Part shown: one piece after another, positions 9,522 to 17,513 of the stretch | How the letters are laid out: each line of letters begins with the position of its first letter | Position numbering within the stretch: the first letter of the stretch is position 1 | DNA from: Candidatus Aminicenantes bacterium | GTDB taxonomy: Bacteria > Acidobacteriota > Aminicenantia > Aminicenantales > Saccharicenantaceae | DNA length: 64,000 nt | Assembly (NCBI GenBank): GCA_963784525.1 | Contig: CAWART010000014.1 | Coordinates: forward strand, 23,884-87,883 | Direction of reading: 5' to 3' | Position numbers and translations under genes: made by a program | Notes under the pieces: generated by a model | Database searches by the model: none | What the model was told of the DNA's origin: nothing | The model's input: only the letters and a program-made list of their open reading frames with translations

Positions 9522-10598
9522 ATGATCGATTCAAGAAGCGAAGTCGCGTCGATGTTGAAGGTCGGCCTCCACAGAGAGAGGCTCGCGAGCTATTTGGCGG
9601 GCCATGACGTTTTCCCGGTGACGCTCGAGCTCGACCTGACGAGCGAGTGCACCCGGATCTGCCCGGAATGCCCGAGCGTCAATGCCGCCAAACATCATCA
9701 CCTGACCGTCGCTTTTCTGGAGAGGCTTTTCGCCGGTCTCGACGGGCAGACCCCCGGCCTGCTTTTGACCGGCGGCGAGCCGACGATGTCGCCGCTGTTC
9801 CCGAAGGTCCTCGAGAACGCCCGCCGGTTCGGCTTCCGGGAGATCGCGGTCGTCACCAACGGGAGCCGCTTGAACAGGTCCGACGTCGCCGACGCATTGC
9901 TGGGATACGCGACGACCCTCCGGGTTTCCATGTACGATTGGGAGGATGATTCCCGAGAAGGGGTCGGAAGCACCCTGAAGCGGATCGAATCCCTTCGACG
10001 GCGGATCGACCGGGAAGGGAGCGCGCTCAAGATCGGAGCGAGCGCGCTCACGTCGACAGGCCGGGTGGGGCGGCTTGACGGCCTGATCGAAAGGCTGAGG
10101 ACCGCCGGCGCGCATTGGATCTATTTCCACCCGCTCTGCTCAAAATGGGGATTGGGTTCCCCCGAACTTGCCGATCAGGACGGGGTCCTGGCAAAGATCG
10201 AACAGGTCAGGGCGGAGAACGACGGCGGCAACGACGTCTTCTTCTTTCGGGAAAGGTACCGGGATTCCGATCTCCGATTCAGCGGCTATCATGCCGCTCA
10301 CTTTCTTCTGGTCGTCGGGGCCGACGGACTGAATTATCTCGCTCCGGAGGTCAAGTACCAACCGGATTTCGTCATCGCGGACCTCCGTGAAGGCGGCCGT
10401 TCGGACATTCTTCGGGATGCCGGGCGGTCGGGCCGCATCGCCTCGATCCGGAGCCAAGGCTATTCCGCTCTTCATAGCCGGCATCGAAGCATTCTCTACA
10501 ATCATTTTATCGAAGGGCTCCTCCGCCGTGAAAAGGACGCGCTGGAGGATCTCGAGGTCGCGGCAAAGACGCGGTTCCTGTTCCCGGACATTCTCTGA
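9522..10598 (+). CDS. Radical SAM protein, function unknown
   Basis: CxxxCxxC cluster motif (SECTRICPEC). GGEPTM SAM-binding motif. VVTNGSRL. No second Cys cluster (not SPASM). Confidence 0.8.
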   Translation: MIDSRSEVASMLKVGLHRERLASYLAGHDVFPVTLELDLTSECTRICPECPSVNAAKHHHLTVAFLERLFAGLDGQTPGLLLTGGEPTMSPLFPKVLENARRFGFREIAVVTNGSRLNRSDVADALLGYATTLRVSMYDWEDDSREGVGSTLKRIESLRRRIDREGSALKIGASALTSTGRVGRLDGLIERLRTAGAHWIYFHPLCSKWGLGSPELADQDGVLAKIEQVRAENDGGNDVFFFRERYRDSDLRFSGYHAAHFLLVVGADGLNYLAPEVKYQPDFVIADLREGGRSDILRDAGRSGRIASIRSQGYSALHSRHRSILYNHFIEGLLRREKDALEDLEVAAKTRFLFPDIL

Positions 10599-10624
10599 AC
10601 GGATAACGGCATGGGATCGGTCCG

Positions 10625-11497
10625 ATGACATCTTCGCCGCTCGTCACGGTCATCATCCCGACCTATAACAGCAGCGGCACATTGCGGCTGACCCTGGAGA
10701 CCGTTCTGCGCCAGACCTTCGAGGATTTCGAGGTCTGGATCATCGGGGACGGGTGCACGGACGAAAGCAGGCAGGCCGTGGCGTCCTTCGGCGACAGTCG
10801 ATTCCATTGGCTGAACCTCCCCGAGAATTCCGGGGGCCCGAGCAGGCCCCGCAACGAGGGCCTGAAGAACGCGAAAGGGCGGTACATCGCTTATCTGGGT
10901 CATGACGATCTCTGGTTCCCCTGGCATCTCGACGGACTCGTGGGCTATATCCGACAGGAAGAGTGCGACCTTGCCTATTCCCTCGGGGCGGTCATCGGAC
11001 CGGCAGGCGTTGTCGGATCCCTGGGTTTTCCCGAAGGGCCGAAGTCCCAGCACGGCGGGCTCTCCCCAAGCAACTGGCTGCATACGCGCTCCCTGATCGA
11101 GGCCATCGGTCCATGGTCGTTGAAGCTCAAGTTCGGCGATGATCAGGAATTCCTGGGGCGCCTTTGGGCTCATAAGGCCGGGACCGGATATCACCGCGAG
11201 CTCAGCCTGCTGAAATTCCCCTCGGGTTCCTGGAAAATGTATTCGCTTACATCCCATTTCCCGCAGAGCGAATACGTCGATGCGATGCGTCGCGACGCGG
11301 CGGCCCTCCGCCAGGAAATACTGCTGGATCTTGCGACAAGGCTGTCGAGGAAGGACGGCGGTTCAAGAGGGCGGGGCCGCGTCACGGAATCCTTGTTTCG
11401 TCTCGTGCGCTCCCTCTTGAGGCGATACGGATACGATCGTTGGCCCCTCAATCATTGGATATACCGCCGGTACCGCAGGAGAGCGGGATTACCCTGA
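10625..11497 (+). CDS. Family 2 glycosyltransferase
   Basis: VTVIIPTYNSSGTLRLTLETVLRQTFEDFEVWIIGDGCTDES and GHDDLW (DxD region). Confidence 0.9.
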   Translation: MTSSPLVTVIIPTYNSSGTLRLTLETVLRQTFEDFEVWIIGDGCTDESRQAVASFGDSRFHWLNLPENSGGPSRPRNEGLKNAKGRYIAYLGHDDLWFPWHLDGLVGYIRQEECDLAYSLGAVIGPAGVVGSLGFPEGPKSQHGGLSPSNWLHTRSLIEAIGPWSLKLKFGDDQEFLGRLWAHKAGTGYHRELSLLKFPSGSWKMYSLTSHFPQSEYVDAMRRDAAALRQEILLDLATRLSRKDGGSRGRGRVTESLFRLVRSLLRRYGYDRWPLNHWIYRRYRRRAGLP

Positions 11498-11623
11498 AAC
11501 GATCGAGGCCGACGCGGCCAACAGGGGTCCGCCAAACGGCGCCGACGCCGCATCCGATGATCCCCCCTTGACTGGGCCCCGGGAGAACGATCGGAGATCG
11601 ACAGGATCGTTTGAAGACAACCA

Positions 11624-11678
11624 ATGCCGGAGGAGGGGATCGAACCCACACCCGAGTTGCCCCGGACGGGATTTTGAG
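11624..11678 (-). repeat. att repeat, distal copy (displaced 3' portion of tRNA-Leu)
   Basis: Identical to 20521-20575 over 55 nt. Identity stops exactly where the anticodon stem would begin (aacggg here versus tcccgc in the intact gene). Confidence 0.9.
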
Positions 11679-11704
11679 AACGGGCCGGAATTTCAATCAC
11701 GCTT

Positions 11705-12814
11705 CTAACTGACTCTCGATGCAGGATTTACAGGGACCGGAAGATTGCCCGTCACCTTTTTGTGACCGTTTTGTGACACAAAATCGATCACGGCCGCTTT
11801 CTCGCCGGATCCGGAGACCAGGAATTCAACGGCCTCGATACTGAGCTCATCGTTCGGATGAAGGTATCGCTGAGTGACCAGGACCGATGAATGGCCATAG
11901 AGCTTCGAAATCGTCACGATATCAACGCCGTGCTCCAGAAGCCGCGTCCCGAAGGTCCGTCTTAGGTCGTGGAAATTGAAATCGGCTAGGCCGGCGCGTT
12001 CACATGCGGCCTCGAATCCGGACCTTACGCTCTTGTAGGGAAAGACGCGAGGGCCTTTGGACTCGGCCCTTAGATCCTCGAGCATTTCAAGGAGCGTTGA
12101 ATTAATCGGGATGATCCGAGCTCGCTTGCTCTTCGTCCTTTCAACTTTGATCCGGCGCCGCTCCAGGTCAACATTGTCCCAGGTTAGATTCAGCCCTTCC
12201 CTGTACCGGAGACCCGTATGCAGCAATAAAATCATCACCGGACGAATCCGCGGGGCGAGCTCCTTGAATAGCCGCTCTTCCTCGTCTTGCCGGAGGATCC
12301 TATCCCGGACCCGATCGGTCTCCGAGAACATCTTAATCCCCTTCACCGGATTCGAGCTGAGGAGTCCGCGGGCGATAGCCCAATTGAACATCTTCCGCAA
12401 AAGGGCCAGGTGTCGGTTTGCCGTTGTCTTGGCGATCCCTTCCCGCAGCCTGGCCTCCCGGAATTCGCGGACCATGACTTCCGTGATTGATCCGGCCCTA
12501 GCGCTCCCGAAATACTGACGGATTGAGCGGAGCTTGTATTCGTCCGTCTTCCAGCTCGTTTTCTCACTCTTCGCGTATTCGTTCAGATACTTCTCCGCGA
12601 ATTCTCCGAAGGGTATCAGCTCCGCTGTCGGCTGGCGGCTGAATCGGCCGCTCATGGTCCCGGCGACTTTCGCTTGGAGCTCGATCGAACGCTTCTTCCC
12701 TCGTCCTGGCACCCTTGACGACCTCCCGGATCCGCTTCCCTTCATGTCGATATTCAATGTGCCAATGATCCGGGCCGCCTTCCGTCTTCCGAATAAGAAC
12801 CGTCCCAAAGCCAT
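11705..12814 (-). CDS. int: Tyrosine-type site-specific integrase (core-binding + catalytic domains); N-terminal part appears to be in another frame
   Basis: HTGLRYREGL (Arg), HDLRRTFGTRLL (His-x-x-Arg), YGHSSVLVTQRYLH (His...Tyr). The first ~45 codons of the track ORF are Gly/Arg/Ser junk, and real sequence starts around IELQAKVAG. See the frameshift finding. Confidence 0.85.
   Translation of the reverse strand: MALGRFLFGRRKAARIIGTLNIDMKGSGSGRSSRVPGRGKKRSIELQAKVAGTMSGRFSRQPTAELIPFGEFAEKYLNEYAKSEKTSWKTDEYKLRSIRQYFGSARAGSITEVMVREFREARLREGIAKTTANRHLALLRKMFNWAIARGLLSSNPVKGIKMFSETDRVRDRILRQDEEERLFKELAPRIRPVMILLLHTGLRYREGLNLTWDNVDLERRRIKVERTKSKRARIIPINSTLLEMLEDLRAESKGPRVFPYKSVRSGFEAACERAGLADFNFHDLRRTFGTRLLEHGVDIVTISKLYGHSSVLVTQRYLHPNDELSIEAVEFLVSGSGEKAAVIDFVSQNGHKKVTGNLPVPVNPASRVS
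11755..11778 (+). repeat. 24-bp repeat copy 1 (candidate arm-type integrase site), inside the int 3' end
   Basis: CCTTTTTGTGACCGTTTTGTGACA, identical to 20388-20411. Contains two TTTTGTGAC direct 9-mers. Confidence 0.6.
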
Positions 12815-13100
12815 AATTCCAGCGCCTTGTGCTTTTACTCAAGGCGCTTCTCCCTCCTTTCAGCCGGAGTCTATCATAGCTGTCAAGAGAGAGGCTAACG
12901 TCCGGCAAGAGCGCCGCGGGATCCACAAACCGGGCCCGCCGGCGTTCCAGGAATTCGTCAATCTGCTTTTGCTCGAACCTGACCCGGCCATTGACGGAAA
13001 CAGACGGGATCCTTCCCGTTCTTTTCCATTGGTAAAGAGTCTTCGGATGGACAGAGAGAAGCCCGCTGACTTCTTTAACGTCAAGCAGCGCTTCTCTCAA
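12564..13100 (-). CDS. Excisionase-family HTH domain followed by an integrase arm-binding-like segment
   Basis: LLDVKEVSGLLSVHPKTLYQWKRTGRIPSVSVNGRVRFEQKQIDEFL is the HTH_17/Xis pattern. WNYGFGTVLIRKTEGGPDHWHIEYRHEGKRIREVVKGARTREEA looks like an integrase N-terminal arm domain. The last ~35 aa are junk and overlap int by 251 nt. Confidence 0.7.
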   Translation of the reverse strand: MREALLDVKEVSGLLSVHPKTLYQWKRTGRIPSVSVNGRVRFEQKQIDEFLERRRARFVDPAALLPDVSLSLDSYDRLRLKGGRSALSKSTRRWNYGFGTVLIRKTEGGPDHWHIEYRHEGKRIREVVKGARTREEAFDRAPSESRRDHERPIQPPADSGADTLRRIRGEVSERIREE

Positions 13101-13117
13101 ATCGCTTCCCTCACCGT

Positions 13118-14572
13118 TTAGGCCAGGCTTATCCTTCCATTCCTGAAAGCGGGCTTCAAACGCTCCCCGGGCCCACAGAGCCGGCGGATATTGGGCTCAC
13201 AGCGCGGAGCTTGTGCAAGGACGCAGACGCCGGCCGCGGCGTTCGCAAGGTCATCATGGCCGCCGGGATAATGCGTGATCTGATCCTTTCCCCCGCTCCG
13301 GACCCGCCGCTCGAGCCCCGTAAGCTGCCCCGCAAGTCTCTTGACGTCCAAGAGCTCAACTGTCCCGTTCGATATCAGCGGGAGAAAATTCAGATAGAGC
13401 TCCGAAGCCGAAAGCTCCGATGGTCTGACCGTGACCCCGTTTTCCTGGAAGGCCGACGCGACCCAATCTCCGGCATACCTGTCGGCCGTGACTTCGAAGA
13501 GGCCAAAGGATTTCATCAGGTCCGAATATTCAGAGACAACCGCCTTCGGCTGGAAGGGCGGCCGCCGCTCCCGGAGAACGTCCAAGATGATCTTCCCGGA
13601 TATCTCACGGTGAGAAATCCCAAGAGTGAACGAGTCCTGGCGCCCGCCGCTAGGATCCGCAAAGGCATGGTATTGGACGCCCTCGAGCCTCGGCAGCTCG
13701 AACCGGCCCGGCGCCGTCACAGCTTCGACGAGCTCTTGTGTGATGAACGCCTCGATGTCCTGACGCCATTCGGCTTCCCATTCAGCGGCCGCGGCCTGAG
13801 GATCCTCTTTCAGGGCGTTGTCTATGAGCCGCTTGTCGATCGTCGGATTCATCGTCTTCGTCGGCGCCTTCCAGATCAACGGCCCCCCAGGCTTCCCATA
13901 GTGGGCCCGGAACATATCGAACAGCACGCCGCCGCGGCTGTAAGGCGTCGATATCCCCAACAGTAAACTCTCCGGGATCGTCGCCAGCGCCGGCCGGATC
14001 GCCGACAAGATTTCCTTGTCCGGGTTCGCGCTGTCTTCGCTCCGCCAGAACGCAATCTCTTCCAGGATCGCCGCCAGGACCGTATATCCCCGGATCGCCC
14101 GAAAGCTCGCCGTCTTCACCGCGATATTGATCCCGTTCCGGAGCTCGAGCGTTTCTACCGTCTCTTTCTCTACCAGGAGCTTGAGAGACCTCACCCGCTG
14201 GAAGATCCCGGAGATATAAGCCTTGATGATCCCCGCCTGGGCCTTGTCGTTCGCGATAATGAAGATCCAACCTTTCTCCCCAGGGCTCATGTAAGGCTTC
14301 CAATCCCGGAAGCTGGCCAGGTAGGCCGCGATCACAGCGCTCATATAGCTTTTCCCGGACCGCCGGCCGCAAATCACAAAGCTTTCCCGGATCCGCTCGG
14401 CCGCTGGTTTCGACAAGCCCGTACATGCTTTGAATAGCTTCCGGTCCTTTTCGTCCTCAATCGGAAGCCCGAAGAGGCCCTTAAGATAGACCTCCCAGGC
14501 ATGCCAGGTCTGAGCCTCCTTGAAGAGGGGTCCGAAGACCGCCTTATTATGCAGCGCGTCTATGATGTCCAT
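13118..14572 (-). CDS. terL: Phage terminase large subunit
   Basis: 484 aa. Walker A-like CGRRSGKSY. Acidic LAAILEEIAFW. C-terminal nuclease region FADPSGG...ADRYAG...HYPGGHDDLANAAAG. Confidence 0.85.
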   Translation of the reverse strand: MDIIDALHNKAVFGPLFKEAQTWHAWEVYLKGLFGLPIEDEKDRKLFKACTGLSKPAAERIRESFVICGRRSGKSYMSAVIAAYLASFRDWKPYMSPGEKGWIFIIANDKAQAGIIKAYISGIFQRVRSLKLLVEKETVETLELRNGINIAVKTASFRAIRGYTVLAAILEEIAFWRSEDSANPDKEILSAIRPALATIPESLLLGISTPYSRGGVLFDMFRAHYGKPGGPLIWKAPTKTMNPTIDKRLIDNALKEDPQAAAAEWEAEWRQDIEAFITQELVEAVTAPGRFELPRLEGVQYHAFADPSGGRQDSFTLGISHREISGKIILDVLRERRPPFQPKAVVSEYSDLMKSFGLFEVTADRYAGDWVASAFQENGVTVRPSELSASELYLNFLPLISNGTVELLDVKRLAGQLTGLERRVRSGGKDQITHYPGGHDDLANAAAGVCVLAQAPRCEPNIRRLCGPGERLKPAFRNGRISLA

Positions 14573-14575
14573 GGA

Positions 14576-15079
14576 TCATTCCTCTCCGTCGATTTCGCCC
14601 TGAGAAGCCCTAGGATCAACAATCTTCTTTTCTCCCTGGTCCGTTGCTGCCTTCTCCGCGTCGATCGCAGCCGCAAGAGCCAGGGGGTCCAGGACGCCTT
14701 CCTCTATCCTCTTCGAGATCCCGAGCTCCCTCAGGTTCAAGCGGATCGTGTTCACATATGCCAGATAGTTCTGCCCGAGGACGGGATCGAGCTTCTTTCC
14801 CCTAAAGGCGCCCTCCCGCCTCACGTATGCTTCGAGGCAGAGAGTGACCTGGTACAGGTTCACCGTCTTGTCTATCAAGATCGCCTGTGCTGCTGTCAAA
14901 GCCGGCTCAGTACCCCCTATGTCCTTGATGAGCTGTTCCCTTATGCCCTGCACTTGACGCCGGACGGCGAGCGGGATATCCTTACTGACGGAGCTATAGC
15001 CGCCATGACGGACCGCTACGGTATGCCCGGGCAAGAAGCGTCCCGTCACTTTATCCCTGTCTTTCCTCAGTTTAGGCAT
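14576..15079 (-). CDS. Terminase small-subunit-like protein
   Basis: 167 aa immediately upstream of terL (4-nt gap). The N-terminus KDRDKVTGRFLPGHTVAVRHGGYS resembles small terminase N-termini. Assignment rests on position plus this weak motif. Confidence 0.5.
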   Translation of the reverse strand: MPKLRKDRDKVTGRFLPGHTVAVRHGGYSSVSKDIPLAVRRQVQGIREQLIKDIGGTEPALTAAQAILIDKTVNLYQVTLCLEAYVRREGAFRGKKLDPVLGQNYLAYVNTIRLNLRELGISKRIEEGVLDPLALAAAIDAEKAATDQGEKKIVDPRASQGEIDGEE

Positions 15080-15270
15080 GATTCTTGTCCCGTTTTACCC
15101 TTGAAATCGGCCCCTTTCGCCCATTGGCCCATTGATTCGATGGTAAATAAGCCCTTTCTGTCCCCATTGGGGCCAAATAACGACGGGATGAAAAAGCATA
15201 ATTTGTGTACGTCTCTCATATGATTTATTATCTGCACGTTACGTCTCTATCGTAGTTTACCGAAGAGCAC

Positions 15271-16104
15271 TTATCCGACACAGTTATTTCCCTCTATCAA
15301 AACGCACTTGCCCTCGATTTCAGAGGCACCCAGGGGCCCGGGGAGCGGATTTGTCTCGCGAAAGTTTCTCGAGTCCTCGCGATTCTCTCGCGAGTCAGTC
15401 GCGAGTCCTTCCGTAATCTGTCTCTCTTCGTCTGAGCTCATCCCGGGACCGGGCGCCGGCTGAGGATCCTTGGGCTCGACTTCCCCGCTGACGACTTCCC
15501 CACCCTCCCCTAGGAGAAATTCAGGGATAAGCTGATCAGGCCGAAGGCTACGGAGATAGGCTAGAGTCTTGGCCTTCCCGAGCTCTTTTGCCATTTGACG
15601 AAGAAGCTCAGTTGAAACAGGCGACGGTTCGGGCCGATTGAGGACCGAACCGCTCCCCCGGGAGGGGGCGGGGGGGGCGACTTCTTTCTGGTCTGATTCT
15701 CTTTCATTCTCTTTAAGAGTCTTTACTAGCCGTGTTTTCCGGCTAGTAGAGATTGCACGGTTTTCCGGCTGGTAGGGATCAGTCGGGTTTTCCGGCTTAA
15801 CCCCGAATTTACCGGTATTCTCGTCTCTTTTGCGCTCCCTACTAGCCGTATTTTCCGGCTTGTAGGGGAGGCTGATTTCGGGGGTGTCAAGGACCGTAAA
15901 GACGTTCTTGAATTTCCGGCCCTGGTGGAACCGATGCTTACGGATCAGGCCGACTGACACAAGGCGCTTGATTGCTGCCTGGACGGCGTCTCTCTGGAGC
16001 CCGGCTTCCTTGCAGAGACAGGCTAATGAGGGGAAGGCTTGCCTGGAATTGTATTGCGAGTGCCGGAGGATCACGGCGTAGGTCTTGAGCTCTGAGCCCT
16101 TCAT
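15271..16104 (-). CDS. Winged-helix (HTH_36-like) replication-initiator-like protein containing internal iterons
   Basis: N-terminal YAVILRHSQYNSRQAFPSLACLCKEAGLQRDAVQAAIKRLVSVGLIRK is a wHTH pattern of phage/plasmid initiators. The central low-complexity region is encoded by four DNA repeats. Confidence 0.6.
   Translation of the reverse strand: MKGSELKTYAVILRHSQYNSRQAFPSLACLCKEAGLQRDAVQAAIKRLVSVGLIRKHRFHQGRKFKNVFTVLDTPEISLPYKPENTASRERKRDENTGKFGVKPENPTDPYQPENRAISTSRKTRLVKTLKENERESDQKEVAPPAPSRGSGSVLNRPEPSPVSTELLRQMAKELGKAKTLAYLRSLRPDQLIPEFLLGEGGEVVSGEVEPKDPQPAPGPGMSSDEERQITEGLATDSRENREDSRNFRETNPLPGPLGASEIEGKCVLIEGNNCVG
15726..15866. repeat. Four iteron-like repeats (core TTTTCCGGCT), candidate replication origin
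   Basis: Cores at 15735, 15761, 15788 and 15851. Minus-strand consensus is CTACnAGCCGGAAAAyaCGG. One copy is read in a different codon phase from the others. Confidence 0.6.
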
Positions 16105-16200
16105 AAAGGCGAGAAGTCCGGAATCAATTAAGGCGTGCGGGTCTTCGAGTAGCCGGCCGCTGCTTTTTCTTCATCTGTCGCGGTCATGGGGTTGTCCCTT

Positions 16201-16241
16201 GCTTGAGCTTTGCTATAGCTTGGCTTAAGCCTGGCTATAGC
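16201..16241. promoter_or_regulatory. Four helically phased GCTnnAGC boxes (candidate operator array) upstream of the initiator-like gene
   Basis: GCTTGAGC, GCTATAGC, GCTTAAGC and GCTATAGC start at 16201, 16212, 16223 and 16234 (exact 11-bp phasing). The last three form a 30-bp near-palindrome (13/15 arm matches). Confidence 0.45.
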
Positions 16242-16374
16242 CCCCCTTCCAAAGGAGGGGCGGGGGCCCCTGGATCCCGAAGTGAGGCCCCCGCTGAAAG
16301 ACAGGAGACCAATATGGACAGGGCGGGCGCCCGGCTCCCAAGTTCATAGAGTGAACGCCCGCTCACCGAAGCCC

Positions 16375-17079
16375 TCAGCTGGCGGCGATTTCGTACTTGC
16401 AGAACGCCTCGGGGATGATCACCTGGCCGCCGACACGGCGCCTTGCGAGGAACCCGACCTCCCCGGTCTCCGCGTACTTTTCTGCAAGCCGCTGGACCAT
16501 GAACTGAACCCGGTCCACGATGAGGTAGCCCTGGGAAAAGTCGCCGAAGACGATCGGGAAGAGGCCCGCTGTTGCGGCCGGCATATCCACACACTCGAGC
16601 ACCGGATAACCGCACAGACGGTCCGGCTGGCCGTTCAAAAGGCCCGGCTGCCAAAGATAATTGCCCGAGACCGCGTCCTTGAGCCCGCGGATCAGCGCCT
16701 GGGTCTGGCGGGTCATAATCCATACGGCGTTCTTTCTGTATCCGGCCTTGATCTGGTAGGTAAGAGAGATGAGGGAGTCGGCCTTGATGAGAGAGGCGTC
16801 GCCGCTCGGGATGTGCGGGACCGAGGCGTTGGTGAGAATTCCTTCCGGCTGGCCGACGGCGTTTCCGCTGATGAACGCCGTCCCTTCGAGCGCGGCAAAC
16901 GCGCGGCTGAACTCCTCGACGAGCTCTTGTTCCAGGTTGAACGCGGAGTCCTCGATCATAGCCAGGGACGCTTTGGCGAGATAGGTCATTTCCGAGGGAG
17001 TGATCCGCTCCTTCCCGTAGGTGAGCCCGGTGACTTCGTTCCGCGTGCCGGTTTCCGTCACCCAGGTAGCCGTGCCCAC
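16375..17079 (-). CDS. HK97-family major capsid protein, C-terminal two-thirds (frame-disrupted gene)
   Basis: TATWVTETGTRNEVTG...AFNLEQELVEEFSRAFAALEGTAFISGNAVGQPEGIL...YPVLECVDMP...FGDFSQGYLIVDR fits the HK97 MCP pattern. The real reading continues upstream in another frame. Confidence 0.85.
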   Translation of the reverse strand: MGTATWVTETGTRNEVTGLTYGKERITPSEMTYLAKASLAMIEDSAFNLEQELVEEFSRAFAALEGTAFISGNAVGQPEGILTNASVPHIPSGDASLIKADSLISLTYQIKAGYRKNAVWIMTRQTQALIRGLKDAVSGNYLWQPGLLNGQPDRLCGYPVLECVDMPAATAGLFPIVFGDFSQGYLIVDRVQFMVQRLAEKYAETGEVGFLARRRVGGQVIIPEAFCKYEIAAS

Positions 17080-17513
17080 GGCCGTTCTCTTGGGACTCCG
17101 AGGGATTCCCGATTGGTGGTCCGGATCTTGGCGACGGTCCGGATCGGCGAGAACTCGGAGACGCCCTTGATGATCTCGTTTGCGAATTCGGGCGGGGCCA
17201 GGTATCCGGCCTGAGGATTGTTCGAGATTACCAGGGTCTTGAATTCATAGGGCTCCATACCTTCCTTGCCCTTACGCAGGAACTTGCCGAACGCCCGGAA
17301 CCCTTCGGATTTCAAGGCGCCACCGAAAGGCTTACCCTTCTCGGAACCCGGAAGGCCGCTCTCCGAAAGATCGTACCCTGGAGCCTTTAGCCTCACGACC
17401 TCCGTTTCCAGGGTGTCAATCCTTTGGGAGAACTTCTCGACGTAGTTCCTTCGGATGTCCGTCATTAATTCCTGGGTCTCTTGGACCAGTTGCCTTGTGG
17501 TTTCGTTGCTCAT
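17058..17513 (-). CDS. HK97-family major capsid protein, N-terminal part (coiled-coil delta-like region + start of the fold)
   Basis: Coiled-coil N-terminus, then NNPQAGYLAPPEFANEIIKGVSEFSPIRTVAKIRTTNRESLGVP. The frame then breaks, and the last 10 aa are junk. Confidence 0.8.
   Translation of the reverse strand: MSNETTRQLVQETQELMTDIRRNYVEKFSQRIDTLETEVVRLKAPGYDLSESGLPGSEKGKPFGGALKSEGFRAFGKFLRKGKEGMEPYEFKTLVISNNPQAGYLAPPEFANEIIKGVSEFSPIRTVAKIRTTNRESLGVPRERPWARLPG

Noticed and set aside
11624-11678. A second tRNA gene
   Set aside because: Only the 3' 54 nt of tRNA-Leu are present. The anticodon stem 5' strand, D arm and acceptor 5' strand are missing. It is the att duplicate.
17058-17110. Programmed ribosomal frameshift in the capsid (and integrase) gene
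   Set aside because: There is no slippery heptamer or downstream structure at either junction. A core permease gene has a similar break, so indel or pseudogenisation is the simpler reading.
16235-17214. Track ORFs 16235..16723 (-) and 16282..17214 (+)
   Set aside because: They overlap the well-supported HK97-type capsid frame and read as junk.
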